From Actinomycetota bacterium (GTDB taxonomy: Bacteria; Actinomycetota; CADDZG01; WHSQ01): a DNA stretch of 38,895 bases. Numbering within the stretch: position 1 is the first letter of the stretch; each line of letters begins with the position of its first letter. The notes below the pieces were generated by a model. It worked only from the letters and a program-made list of their open reading frames with translations, was not told the DNA's origin and did no database searches. A program made the translations under genes and the position numbers. Shown here piece after piece: positions 7,808 through 15,626 of the stretch. The DNA lies in contig JBOGXG010000040.1 of assembly GCA_050694195.1 (NCBI GenBank), positions 1-38,895 of the forward strand. Direction: 5' to 3'.

Positions 7808-10237
7808 TTAGACCCGGTCCGTCAAGGGGGCCGGGGCCGCCCCCGGGCGCCCGTAAAGTGTGGTGCGCCTCCTCGGGACCCTCCCTATGGAGGTGATCAA
7901 TTCCTTCATCTCCTCGACGGTTAGCTCTTGCCCATGGCTCGCGCCCGCGGCACGCGAGATGTTCTCATCCATGAGGGTTCCGCCCAGATCGTTGGCTCCC
8001 GCTTGCAGGGCCAGCTTGGTTCCCTCGACCCCCATCTTCACCCACGAGACCTGGATGTTACGTACCGCACCGTGCAAGGCGATGCGAGCCACCGCGTGCA
8101 TCTTGAGAGCTTCCTCGAACGTCGGCCCCCTCCTCGCCTTCCCACGGAGATAGATCGGCGACGCCATATGCACGAACGGCAAGGGTACGAACTCGAAGAG
8201 CCCGTTGGCATCACCATCGGCGACGACGTCTCGGTGGAGTTGCTTCACGACCGCGAGGTGCCGTGCCCAATGCCGCGGCCCCTCCACCGTCCCGAACATG
8301 ATCGTGGCGTTCGAGCTAAGCCCCAGCGAATGGGCGATCCGATGGACGTCGCACCAATCGCTCGTTCCGATCTTGTCGGGACAGATGATCGCTCGGATCT
8401 CATCGTCCAAGATCTCCGCGGCCGTCCCGGGAAGCGTCGCCAGACCCGCGGCGTAGAGACGGGCCAGGAAGTCGCGCACCTCGATGCCCGACGCGGCGGC
8501 ACCCTGCGCAACCTCGAGAGCGGTGAACGCGTGCACGTGCATGTCGGGCACCGCGTCCTTGACGGCCGTGAGGTACTCCACGTAGTTGTCGCCGGTGAAC
8601 GAATGATGGATCCCGCCCTGCATGCAGACCTCAGTCGCGCCGCGTTCCCACGCCTCCACGGCTCGGCCCGCGACCTCTTCGGGTGAGAGTAGATAGGGCT
8701 CGCCTCTGAGATTCAGCGATCGCGGACCCTTGGAGAAGGCGCAGAAACCACAACGGAAGTAACAGAGGTTCGTGTAGTTGATGTTCCGATTGACGACGAA
8801 CGTCACCTCGTCCCCGACCTCTCGCTTGCGAAGCTCATCCGCGACGGAGAACAGGCGCTCGACCTCGCGCCCCCGCGCCGTGAACAGAAGCGCGACCTCC
8901 GCTTCGTCGAGGTCGACCCCGTCCACCGCCTTGTCGAGGGCGCACCACACCGTCGGACGTGTGACGCGGCCCGCGACCCGCCATGCGCCGGCGTGAGCGG
9001 CTTCGATCGTTGCGTAGCCGCTCGGCGGCGGCGACTCGTCCATCCCCGCGAACCATGCCTCGTCGGGTCGCCGGTACCCGTCGCCGTCGATCGCGTCGAG
9101 AACCTTGCCCCGGAGGGAGGGGTCGATCCATCGCTCGAGCGCGGCGGGCGTGGAGCAGTAACTCGGATACACCGCGAGACGCTCCATCAGCGTGAAGCCG
9201 CGCGACTCCGTGACGTCGTTGAGTTCGTCAAGATGGGGCCACGGAGCCTCCGGGTTGACATGATCCGGGGTGACCGGTGAGACGCCGCCCCAATCGCTAA
9301 GACCGGCGGCGAGGTAGGAGCCGTATTCGGCGGGGCTCAAGTTGGGGGGAGCCTGCACGCCGACCTCAGGACCCATGATGAGGCGGGTCAACGCGATCGC
9401 CAGCCGCATCTCATCGGCACCCGGCTCCGGTTGATCCCTCATCTGGATGTCGGGCTTGGCACGGAAGTTCTGCACGATGACTTCCTGGATGTGTCCGTGC
9501 CGCTCGTGCGACCGGCGGATCGCCAGTAGCGCGTCTATGCGCTCGTCGTACGTCTCACCGATACCGATGAGGATCCCGGTCGTGAACGGAACGCTCGCGC
9601 GTCCGGCGTTCTCCAACGTTGCGAGGCGCACGGCCGGTTTCTTGTCGGGCGCTCCGAAATGAGCCATCCCCCGCGCGAGCAGGCGTTCCGAGAGCGTCTC
9701 GAGCATGGTGCCCTGGCTGACGCTCACTGGACGGAGCGCGCACGTCTCCTCGAATGTCAGCGCGCCGGGATTGACGTGTGGGAGGAGCGTCGTCTCGTCC
9801 AGCACCGCCCTGCAGGCCGCGACGAGATACTCGATCGTGGAGCCGAAGCCCATCGCCTCGAGCTCGGCCCTCGCCTCGGGCCACTTGCGCTCGGGCTTGT
9901 CGCCGAGGGTGAACAGGACCTCCGCGCATCCTGCCGACTCCCCGCGCCGCGCCACCTCGAGGACCTCGTCCAATGTCATGTAGGCGCGCGCTCCCGGCCG
10001 AGGAGGATGAGCAAAGGTGCAGTAGCCGCAGGCATCGCGACACAACTGCGTGAGCGGAACGAAGACCTTCTTCGAGAACGTGATGCGAGGGCCGGTGTGG
10101 GAATCGCGCAGGTCCCCCGCGGCTCGGATCACGACGTCGGGCGCGGAGCGAGCCAGCGCCGCCAGCTCGCGCACCTCGCCCTCGTCACGGAGCCGGCCAT
10201 CTGCCGCCGACCGAGCGAGGCCCTCCAAGCGATCCAT
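7808..10237 (-). CDS. fbiC: Bifunctional FO synthase (7,8-didemethyl-8-hydroxy-5-deazariboflavin synthase, fused CofG/CofH)
   Basis: The protein is 809 aa and has two radical-SAM CxxxCxxC motifs (CRDACGYCTF in the N-terminal half, CYFRCGFCAF in the C-terminal half). Size and architecture match actinobacterial FbiC, and it is divergent from fbiA. Confidence 0.93.
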   Translation of the reverse strand: MDRLEGLARSAADGRLRDEGEVRELAALARSAPDVVIRAAGDLRDSHTGPRITFSKKVFVPLTQLCRDACGYCTFAHPPRPGARAYMTLDEVLEVARRGESAGCAEVLFTLGDKPERKWPEARAELEAMGFGSTIEYLVAACRAVLDETTLLPHVNPGALTFEETCALRPVSVSQGTMLETLSERLLARGMAHFGAPDKKPAVRLATLENAGRASVPFTTGILIGIGETYDERIDALLAIRRSHERHGHIQEVIVQNFRAKPDIQMRDQPEPGADEMRLAIALTRLIMGPEVGVQAPPNLSPAEYGSYLAAGLSDWGGVSPVTPDHVNPEAPWPHLDELNDVTESRGFTLMERLAVYPSYCSTPAALERWIDPSLRGKVLDAIDGDGYRRPDEAWFAGMDESPPPSGYATIEAAHAGAWRVAGRVTRPTVWCALDKAVDGVDLDEAEVALLFTARGREVERLFSVADELRKREVGDEVTFVVNRNINYTNLCYFRCGFCAFSKGPRSLNLRGEPYLLSPEEVAGRAVEAWERGATEVCMQGGIHHSFTGDNYVEYLTAVKDAVPDMHVHAFTALEVAQGAAASGIEVRDFLARLYAAGLATLPGTAAEILDDEIRAIICPDKIGTSDWCDVHRIAHSLGLSSNATIMFGTVEGPRHWARHLAVVKQLHRDVVADGDANGLFEFVPLPFVHMASPIYLRGKARRGPTFEEALKMHAVARIALHGAVRNIQVSWVKMGVEGTKLALQAGANDLGGTLMDENISRAAGASHGQELTVEEMKELITSIGRVPRRRTTLYGRPGAAPAPLTDRV

Positions 10238-10294
10238 GGGGGCAACGCTAACGGGTCACACCCCGCAGCGCGCGCCGCCCACTACACTGCCGCC

Positions 10295-11203
10295 ATGAAA
10301 GTAACGGCGCTTGCGGGTGGCGTTGGGGGCGGCAAGCTCCTCGTTGGGCTCCAGCGGGCGACGGATGGCCTCACCGCTATCGTCAACACGGCCGACGACG
10401 CCGTCATCTACGACGTGCACGTTTCCCCCGACGTGGACATCGTTACTTACTGGTTGGCGGGGCTCGCCGACACCGACAGAGGATGGGGCATCAGGGGCGA
10501 CACCTTCGAGGCCGTCGACGCGCTGGGGCGGCTGGGGACCTATCCCTGGTTCCGCCTGGGTGACCGCGACCTCGCAACGTGCATGTTCCGCACGGGACGA
10601 TTGAGGGCCGGTGACACCCTGACCGCAGTGACCGACACGATCAGGCGCGCGCTTGACGTTCCCACGACGATCCTCCCGATGTCGGACGATCCGGTATCCA
10701 CCCGAGTGGTGACGGCCGACCGTCGGGTCCTGGAGTTCCAGCAGTACTTCGTGGCCGAGCGCCACGAGCCCGAGGTCGTCGAGGTGAGGTTCGCGGGGAT
10801 CGCCGACGCCAAGCCGGCCCCCGGTGTCGTGGAGGCACTCGAGACGGCGGACAAGGTCATCATCTGTCCCTCGAACCCCGTCGTTTCGATAGGGCCGATC
10901 CTGGCTCTGCCGGAAGTGAGAGACGTCCTCAGGGCTCATCCGTCCGTGATCGCGGTGTCGCCGATCGTGCGCGGGACTCCGCTGAAGGGTCCGGCCGACA
11001 AGCTGCTCCGGGCGGTAGGCGCGGAGGTCAGCGCGTCCGGGGTCGCAGCGTTGTACGCCGACTTCGTCGACCTGTTCGTTGTCGACGAGAGCGACGCCGA
11101 AGAGATCGACCGAGTCGAGGCCATAGGCATCCGCGCCGCGGGGATCGACACGATCATGGTCGACCACGACGCGTCGGAGAGACTGGCCCGGGCTTTGCTG
11201 TGA
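10295..11203 (+). CDS. fbiA: 2-phospho-L-lactate / enolpyruvoyl transferase of F420 biosynthesis (CofD/FbiA)
   Basis: Track ORF 9659..11203 was trimmed to in-frame ATG 10295 (MKVTALAGGVGGGKLLVGL..., the CofD glycine-rich N-terminus). The upstream 212 codons are antisense to fbiC and Arg/Gly-rich. The stop overlaps the next start (GTGA at 11200..11203). Confidence 0.9.
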   Translation: MKVTALAGGVGGGKLLVGLQRATDGLTAIVNTADDAVIYDVHVSPDVDIVTYWLAGLADTDRGWGIRGDTFEAVDALGRLGTYPWFRLGDRDLATCMFRTGRLRAGDTLTAVTDTIRRALDVPTTILPMSDDPVSTRVVTADRRVLEFQQYFVAERHEPEVVEVRFAGIADAKPAPGVVEALETADKVIICPSNPVVSIGPILALPEVRDVLRAHPSVIAVSPIVRGTPLKGPADKLLRAVGAEVSASGVAALYADFVDLFVVDESDAEEIDRVEAIGIRAAGIDTIMVDHDASERLARALL

Positions 11204-11883
11204 TCGAGATCCATCCGCTCGAAGGCATCCCCGAGGTTCGGCCCGGAGATGACCTGGCCGGCCTGATCGCGACGAGCGCGGAGGCATCCGGCGGTCTCGT
11301 CGCGGATGACGTCGTCGTCGTGACGCAGAAGGTCGTATCCAAGGCGGAGGGGCGGCTCGTCCCGGCAACGGAGAAGAGCTCGGCGGTTCAAGCCGAGAGC
11401 GTCCGAGTCCTCCGGCGTTCCGGGACGATGTTGATCTCCGAGACGAGACAGGGCTTCGTCTGCGCCAACGCCGGCGTCGATGAATCGAACGTGGGAGACG
11501 GGAACCTCGCGCTCCTCCCCTTGGACCCCGACGCCTCCGCGCGCCGGCTCCGGTCGCGTCTGGAACATCTAGGCGGGGTCGACATCGCAGTGATAGTGAG
11601 CGACACCTTCGGGCGTCCGTGGCGATCGGGGCAGACCGATGTTGCGATCGGGATAGCCGGGGTCGCTCCGTTCCTCGACTACGTCGGAACGGAGGACACC
11701 GAGGGGAAGGTCATGACCGCCACCCGGATCTGCGTCGCGGACGAGTTGGCCGGTGCGGCCGAGCTCGTGATGGGAAAGACACGGCGCGTGTGCGCCGCGA
11801 TCGTGAGGGGCGCGATGGTCACGCGCGCGCGGGCGACGGCGACGGAGATCGTCCGTCCGGTGGAGCAGGATCTCTTTAGGTGA
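11200..11883 (+). CDS. cofE: Coenzyme F420:L-glutamate ligase (CofE; equivalent to the N-terminal domain of mycobacterial FbiB)
   Basis: The sequence MIEIHPLEGIPEVRPGDDLAGLI...VVVVTQKVVSKAEGRL...NAGVDESN... shows a typical CofE pattern. The protein is 227 aa and the GTG start overlaps the fbiA stop. Confidence 0.88.
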   Translation: MIEIHPLEGIPEVRPGDDLAGLIATSAEASGGLVADDVVVVTQKVVSKAEGRLVPATEKSSAVQAESVRVLRRSGTMLISETRQGFVCANAGVDESNVGDGNLALLPLDPDASARRLRSRLEHLGGVDIAVIVSDTFGRPWRSGQTDVAIGIAGVAPFLDYVGTEDTEGKVMTATRICVADELAGAAELVMGKTRRVCAAIVRGAMVTRARATATEIVRPVEQDLFR

Positions 11884-12506
11884 ACCTGGAACAAGCGGTG
11901 GCGGCCCGGCGAAGCGTACGGGCCTTCGAGGATCGTCCGGTCCCCCGTGACCTCGTGGAGAAGGCCATCGAACTGGCCGTCCAGGCCCCCGCACCCCATC
12001 ACTCGTCGCCGTGGCGTTTCGTGCTCCTGGAGGAACCGGAAGAGAAAGAGTCGTTCTCGAGGACGATGGGGGCCGCGTGGAGGCGGGATCTCGAGGCCGA
12101 CGGGATGGCGACCGATCGCATCGACGGCATCCTCGGGCGCTCGCATGCGTTGCTGACCGCCGCTCCGCTCCTGACCGTCTGTTGCGCCGACGTCTCCCGA
12201 GCCCACGACTACCCGGACGAGCGACGCCGCGGCGCCGAATGGACGCTGTTCGCCCACTCCGTGGGGGCCGGATTGCAGACGTTCATGCTGTCGCTCGCGG
12301 CCGACGGCGTGGCATCGTGCTGGCTCTCCGCGCCGGTCTTCTGCAGGGACGTCGTGCGTCGCCACTTCGCGCTTCCCGAAGGCGTCGAGCCCCAGGCGCT
12401 GGTACTGGTCGGCTACGCCTCGGCCGACTACACCCCGAGGGAGCGGACGCCTCCGACCGCGAGTGATTACCTCCTCCGTCCTGATAGCCTCCTTCGCCGT
12501 GAGTAA
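11880..12506 (+). CDS. Nitroreductase-fold FMN protein equivalent to the C-terminal domain of FbiB (candidate dehydro-F420-0 reductase), encoded as a separate ORF
   Basis: The N-terminus AARRSVRAFEDRPVPRDLVEKAIELAVQAPAPHHSSPWRF is a nitroreductase-type signature. The protein is 208 aa. GTG 11880 overlaps the TGA of cofE (GTGA at 11880..11883). Confidence 0.8.
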   Translation: MNLEQAVAARRSVRAFEDRPVPRDLVEKAIELAVQAPAPHHSSPWRFVLLEEPEEKESFSRTMGAAWRRDLEADGMATDRIDGILGRSHALLTAAPLLTVCCADVSRAHDYPDERRRGAEWTLFAHSVGAGLQTFMLSLAADGVASCWLSAPVFCRDVVRRHFALPEGVEPQALVLVGYASADYTPRERTPPTASDYLLRPDSLLRRE

Positions 12507-13140
12507 GAAGCTAGAGGAGAAGCAGCAGCGCCGCCTGGCGGAGGAGCGCAAGCGTCGCGAACAGCAACGAGCGGCGCGCAAGCGGAACTTCCTCACCATC
12601 TCGATCGCGGTCCTCGTCGGCGCACTCGTCGTCGGCCTCATCATCATGGATCGGGAGAGCAACGACGCGTCCACCGAGCAGGCCGGTGTCGCGGCGGGCG
12701 AAGCGGGGTGCACGGACGTCCAGGAGATCGATGAGGCGGGCCGCACCCACGTCGAGGAGGGGACCGACGTCCAGTACGAGACCAGTCCCCCGACCTCGGG
12801 CGACCACTACGGCACTCCCGCAGACGCGGGCTTCTACCCCACCTCCGTCCCCGAGGAGACCTTGGTCCACAACCTGGAGCACGGCCAGATAGTCATCTGG
12901 TATCGGCCCGACGCCCCCCAGGCCACCATCGACGCGATCGAGACCGTGGTGGAGGACGAGCCGATCGCGCTCCTGGCCGCCCCCTACCAAGACGTGCCGA
13001 CGGGTTCGGAGCTGTCCTTCACCGCGTGGGGCGCCATGCAGTCCTGCGCCGACTTCTCCAATGCCATCCTCAGCGAATTCCGCGCTCAGTTCCAGGGCCA
13101 GGGGCCGGAGCAGGTCGGCATCCCGACCTTCGACGGCTAA
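12463..13140 (+). CDS. DUF3105-like membrane-anchored protein
   Basis: It has a charged K/R/E/Q-rich N-terminus, one TM (FLTISIAVLVGALVVGLIIM), and then the motifs PPTSGDHYG and VHNLEHGQIVIWY, which I recognise as DUF3105-type. The start is either GTG 12463 (44-nt overlap with the previous gene) or in-frame GTG 12499 (8-nt overlap). Neither has a clear SD. Confidence 0.7.
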   Translation: MITSSVLIASFAVSKKLEEKQQRRLAEERKRREQQRAARKRNFLTISIAVLVGALVVGLIIMDRESNDASTEQAGVAAGEAGCTDVQEIDEAGRTHVEEGTDVQYETSPPTSGDHYGTPADAGFYPTSVPEETLVHNLEHGQIVIWYRPDAPQATIDAIETVVEDEPIALLAAPYQDVPTGSELSFTAWGAMQSCADFSNAILSEFRAQFQGQGPEQVGIPTFDG

Positions 13141-13150
13141 AGGGGCCTGA

Positions 13151-14134
13151 CTACCTGACCGCTTTCGGATTCGCGCGGAAGTACGCCACCGTCTGCTTCA
13201 GCCCGTCTCCCAGCGCCACCGATGGCGTCCATCCGAGCACCTCTGCCGCTTTCGAGTTATCGATGACGATGCGGTTGAGCTCTCCGGGTCGCGCGGCCGC
13301 GTAGACGGGCTCGAAGCGAGACCCCGTCAACTCCGCGAGCCGGGCATAGAGCTCGTTGACCGAGAGCTCGGCACCGCTCCCGATGTTGACGAGCTCGGCG
13401 CCTCCGCGGTCGCGCGCGGCAAGGAACGCCGACACGACGTCCTCCACGTAGACGAAGTCGCGCGTCTGCGTACCGTCGCCGTAGATCGTGCAGGGGCGTC
13501 CCGCCAGCATCTTGCGCGAGAAGATCGCGACGACCTGTCCCTCCAACCCGACCTCCGCCGCCGGCTCCTGCCGTGGCCCGTAGACGTTGGAGAGTGCCAG
13601 TGCCGTGTAATCGAGTCCCTTGACGACCTTGAAGTAGCGGAGGTAGTCGATGGCGATCTTCTTCGAGACGCCGTAGGGCGACTCGGGAAGGGCCTCCGGG
13701 ATATAGACCTGGTCCTCGGTGACCGGCAGGCGGGATCCGTCGGGCTCGCCGTAGATGCAACCGCCCGAGGACGTGAACACGACCTTCCCGACGCCGGCCC
13801 CGTCGGCGGCATGGAGGATGTTGAGCGTTCCGAGGACGTTGACGTTCGCGTCGTGCAGGGGATCCGCCACCGACTTTCGCACGTCCACCTGCGCGGCGAG
13901 ATGAAAGATCACATCCGGTTTGTTCCTCTTGATGACGTCGGCGATAGCGGTCGAGGTGATGTCCACTCGCTGGAACGTGAACTTCCCGATCGCCGTACGA
14001 CGAGCGTCGGCGAGGTTCGCGAGCGAACCCGAGGACAGATTGTCGACGCCGAGCACCTCTTCGCCCTCGGCCAAGAGCCGGTCGACGAGGTGTGAGCCGA
14101 TGAACCCGGCGGCTCCCGTTACGAGTACCTTCAC
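13151..14134 (-). CDS. NAD-dependent nucleotide-sugar epimerase/dehydratase (UDP-glucose 4-epimerase-like SDR)
   Basis: It has the Rossmann motif VTGAAGFIGSHLV and the catalytic YxxxK (SPYGVSKKI). The GTG start has GGAAGGGA upstream and lies 13 nt after the stop of the nucleotidyltransferase gene. Confidence 0.88.
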   Translation of the reverse strand: MKVLVTGAAGFIGSHLVDRLLAEGEEVLGVDNLSSGSLANLADARRTAIGKFTFQRVDITSTAIADVIKRNKPDVIFHLAAQVDVRKSVADPLHDANVNVLGTLNILHAADGAGVGKVVFTSSGGCIYGEPDGSRLPVTEDQVYIPEALPESPYGVSKKIAIDYLRYFKVVKGLDYTALALSNVYGPRQEPAAEVGLEGQVVAIFSRKMLAGRPCTIYGDGTQTRDFVYVEDVVSAFLAARDRGGAELVNIGSGAELSVNELYARLAELTGSRFEPVYAAARPGELNRIVIDNSKAAEVLGWTPSVALGDGLKQTVAYFRANPKAVR

Positions 14135-14147
14135 AGCCGTCCCTTCC

Positions 14148-15134
14148 TCATGAGCCCACCGAATCCCCGTCGGCGACCGTTACGCCGTCCAGGTGAGCGC
14201 CGGCGGCCACGGATACGCCGGCACCGAGGATCGAATCCTTCACATGGGCGTCGCTTGCGATCACCGTCCCCGGAAGGACGACCGAACGCTCGACGACCGC
14301 ACCGGCCTCGACCACGACCCGGGGGCCCAGGCAGGCAGAGGATACCCGTGCTCCGGCCGATATCTCGGCCCCCTCACCCGCAACGACTGCAGCGGGGGCC
14401 GGGTCTGGCACGGCGTCCGTCTTGAACCGGCCCGACAGCGCGTCGAGGTTCGTTGCGAGGTATTTCTCCGGCGTCCCCACGTCCATCCAGTACCCGTCGG
14501 TGGGAACCGCGAATAACCGAGCCCCCTCCTCTACGAGGCCCGGGAACAGCGCTCGCTCGGCCGACCACTCGGCGCCGGCGGGGATGCGGGTGAGGACGGA
14601 CGGTTCGAGGATGTAAACGCCGGCATTGATCAGGTTCGTCGGAGCCTCGCCCGGGGGCGGCTTCTCGATGAAGCCGAGCACGCGCCCGTCCTCTTCCGTC
14701 GGCACGACGCCGAAGGCGGACGGGTCCTCAACCGGCGTGAGGACGATCGTCCCCTCCGCCTCGCGGGACCGATGGAAGTCGAGCATGGCGGTGAGGTCCA
14801 TGTCCGAAAGGATGTCTCCGTTGAACGCGAAGAAGGTATCGCCCGTCACGAGATGCTCCGCGTTCTTCATGGCGCCGGCCGTCCCCAGCGGCTCGGGCTC
14901 GTGAGTGACCTCCACACGCATGCCCCGCGCCGACGCAACCGCGACCGCTTCGTCGAACGCCTCGGCCAGGTACGAGGTCAGGAGTACGGCGTCGTTGATC
15001 CCGTGCCTCTGCAGCAGGTCGAAAACGTGATGGATGTGCTCGCGGTTCGCGATCGGCAGGAGGTGCTTGGGGCGCGTATACGTGAGAGGACGAAGCCGCG
15101 TCCCGAAACCCCCGGCGATCAGCAGAGCCTTCAC
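14148..15134 (-). CDS. Sugar-1-phosphate nucleotidyltransferase (GDP-mannose pyrophosphorylase / RmlA-like) with a C-terminal hexapeptide beta-helix
   Basis: The N-terminal signature is LIAGGFGTRLRPLTYTRPKHLLPI. The C-terminal ~90 aa carry imperfect hexapeptide repeats (GEGAEISAGARVSSACLGPRVVVEAGAVVERSVVLPGTVI...). The start is GTG. Confidence 0.88.
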   Translation of the reverse strand: MKALLIAGGFGTRLRPLTYTRPKHLLPIANREHIHHVFDLLQRHGINDAVLLTSYLAEAFDEAVAVASARGMRVEVTHEPEPLGTAGAMKNAEHLVTGDTFFAFNGDILSDMDLTAMLDFHRSREAEGTIVLTPVEDPSAFGVVPTEEDGRVLGFIEKPPPGEAPTNLINAGVYILEPSVLTRIPAGAEWSAERALFPGLVEEGARLFAVPTDGYWMDVGTPEKYLATNLDALSGRFKTDAVPDPAPAAVVAGEGAEISAGARVSSACLGPRVVVEAGAVVERSVVLPGTVIASDAHVKDSILGAGVSVAAGAHLDGVTVADGDSVGS

Positions 15135-15141
15135 GGGCGTC

Positions 15142-15585
15142 CTACGTCCGTCTGAAGGACAGGCCGATGATCGCGATCCCCATCGCCACGACGACGACCC
15201 CGGCCCAACGAAGCGTGGGCACGTGTTCGTTCAAGAACACGCGCGCGAAGAGCACGATCAGGATGTACGAGATGCCGACGATCGGGTACGCGACCGATAG
15301 CGGAACCCGGGAGAGGACGACCAACCAGAACAGAGCGGAGATGCCGAACAGGAAGAGCCCGACCCAGAGCCGGGGCTCCCGCGCGGCCCGGAGAAGCGTG
15401 TCCCCGGCATCTGAGACCTGCGCCCCCCCGATCCTCCCGATGCGATCCATCGCGCTCTTCAAAGTGACCTGTCCCGCGACCGCGAAGGACACACTGATCA
15501 GCAGGAGGATGAGCGAGATGAGCCGCCCGCTGTGCTCGCCGGCGGCGACGGGGATCACTTCGGGGGGTGGGGCCTCCAGTGGCAT
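15142..15585 (-). CDS. Small 4-TM EamA/SMR-like (DMT superfamily) membrane protein, ArnE/ArnF-like candidate lipid-linked-sugar flippase subunit
   Basis: The protein is 147 aa with four hydrophobic helices and EamA-type segments (FAVAGQVTLKSAM, LSRVPLSVAYPIVGISYILIVLFARVFLNE). It lies 7 nt upstream of the nucleotidyltransferase gene. Confidence 0.65.
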   Translation of the reverse strand: MPLEAPPPEVIPVAAGEHSGRLISLILLLISVSFAVAGQVTLKSAMDRIGRIGGAQVSDAGDTLLRAAREPRLWVGLFLFGISALFWLVVLSRVPLSVAYPIVGISYILIVLFARVFLNEHVPTLRWAGVVVVAMGIAIIGLSFRRT

Positions 15586-15626
15586 GTCGGCGAGTCTAAG
15601 TTAGACGCTGCCCGTAACCAATAACC

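Noticed and set aside
9659-10294. 212-codon N-terminal extension of the fbiA track ORF
   Set aside because: It is antisense to fbiC and Arg/Ala/Gly-rich. The CofD homology begins exactly at ATG 10295 (MKVTALAGGVGGG).
10256-11368. 370-aa ORF antisense to fbiA/cofE; other long shadow ORFs of the same kind include 43..735, 1195..2370, 2372..3112, 11679..12746, 15601..16617, 17793..18587, 18824..19759, 20333..21070, 25560..26612, 27062..27907 and 34388..35329
   Set aside because: Each is fully shadowed by a confidently identified gene on the opposite strand or in another frame. All show the Arg/Pro/Gly-rich composition of non-coding frames in high-GC DNA.
11875-11890. Possibility that the cofE / nitroreductase-domain split is a frameshifted pseudogene of a fused fbiB
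   Set aside because: The junction is a clean GTGA stop/start overlap, identical in style to several other junctions in this window. Both ORFs are full-length relative to their domains. I therefore treat it as a genuine split, but an indel cannot be excluded without reads.
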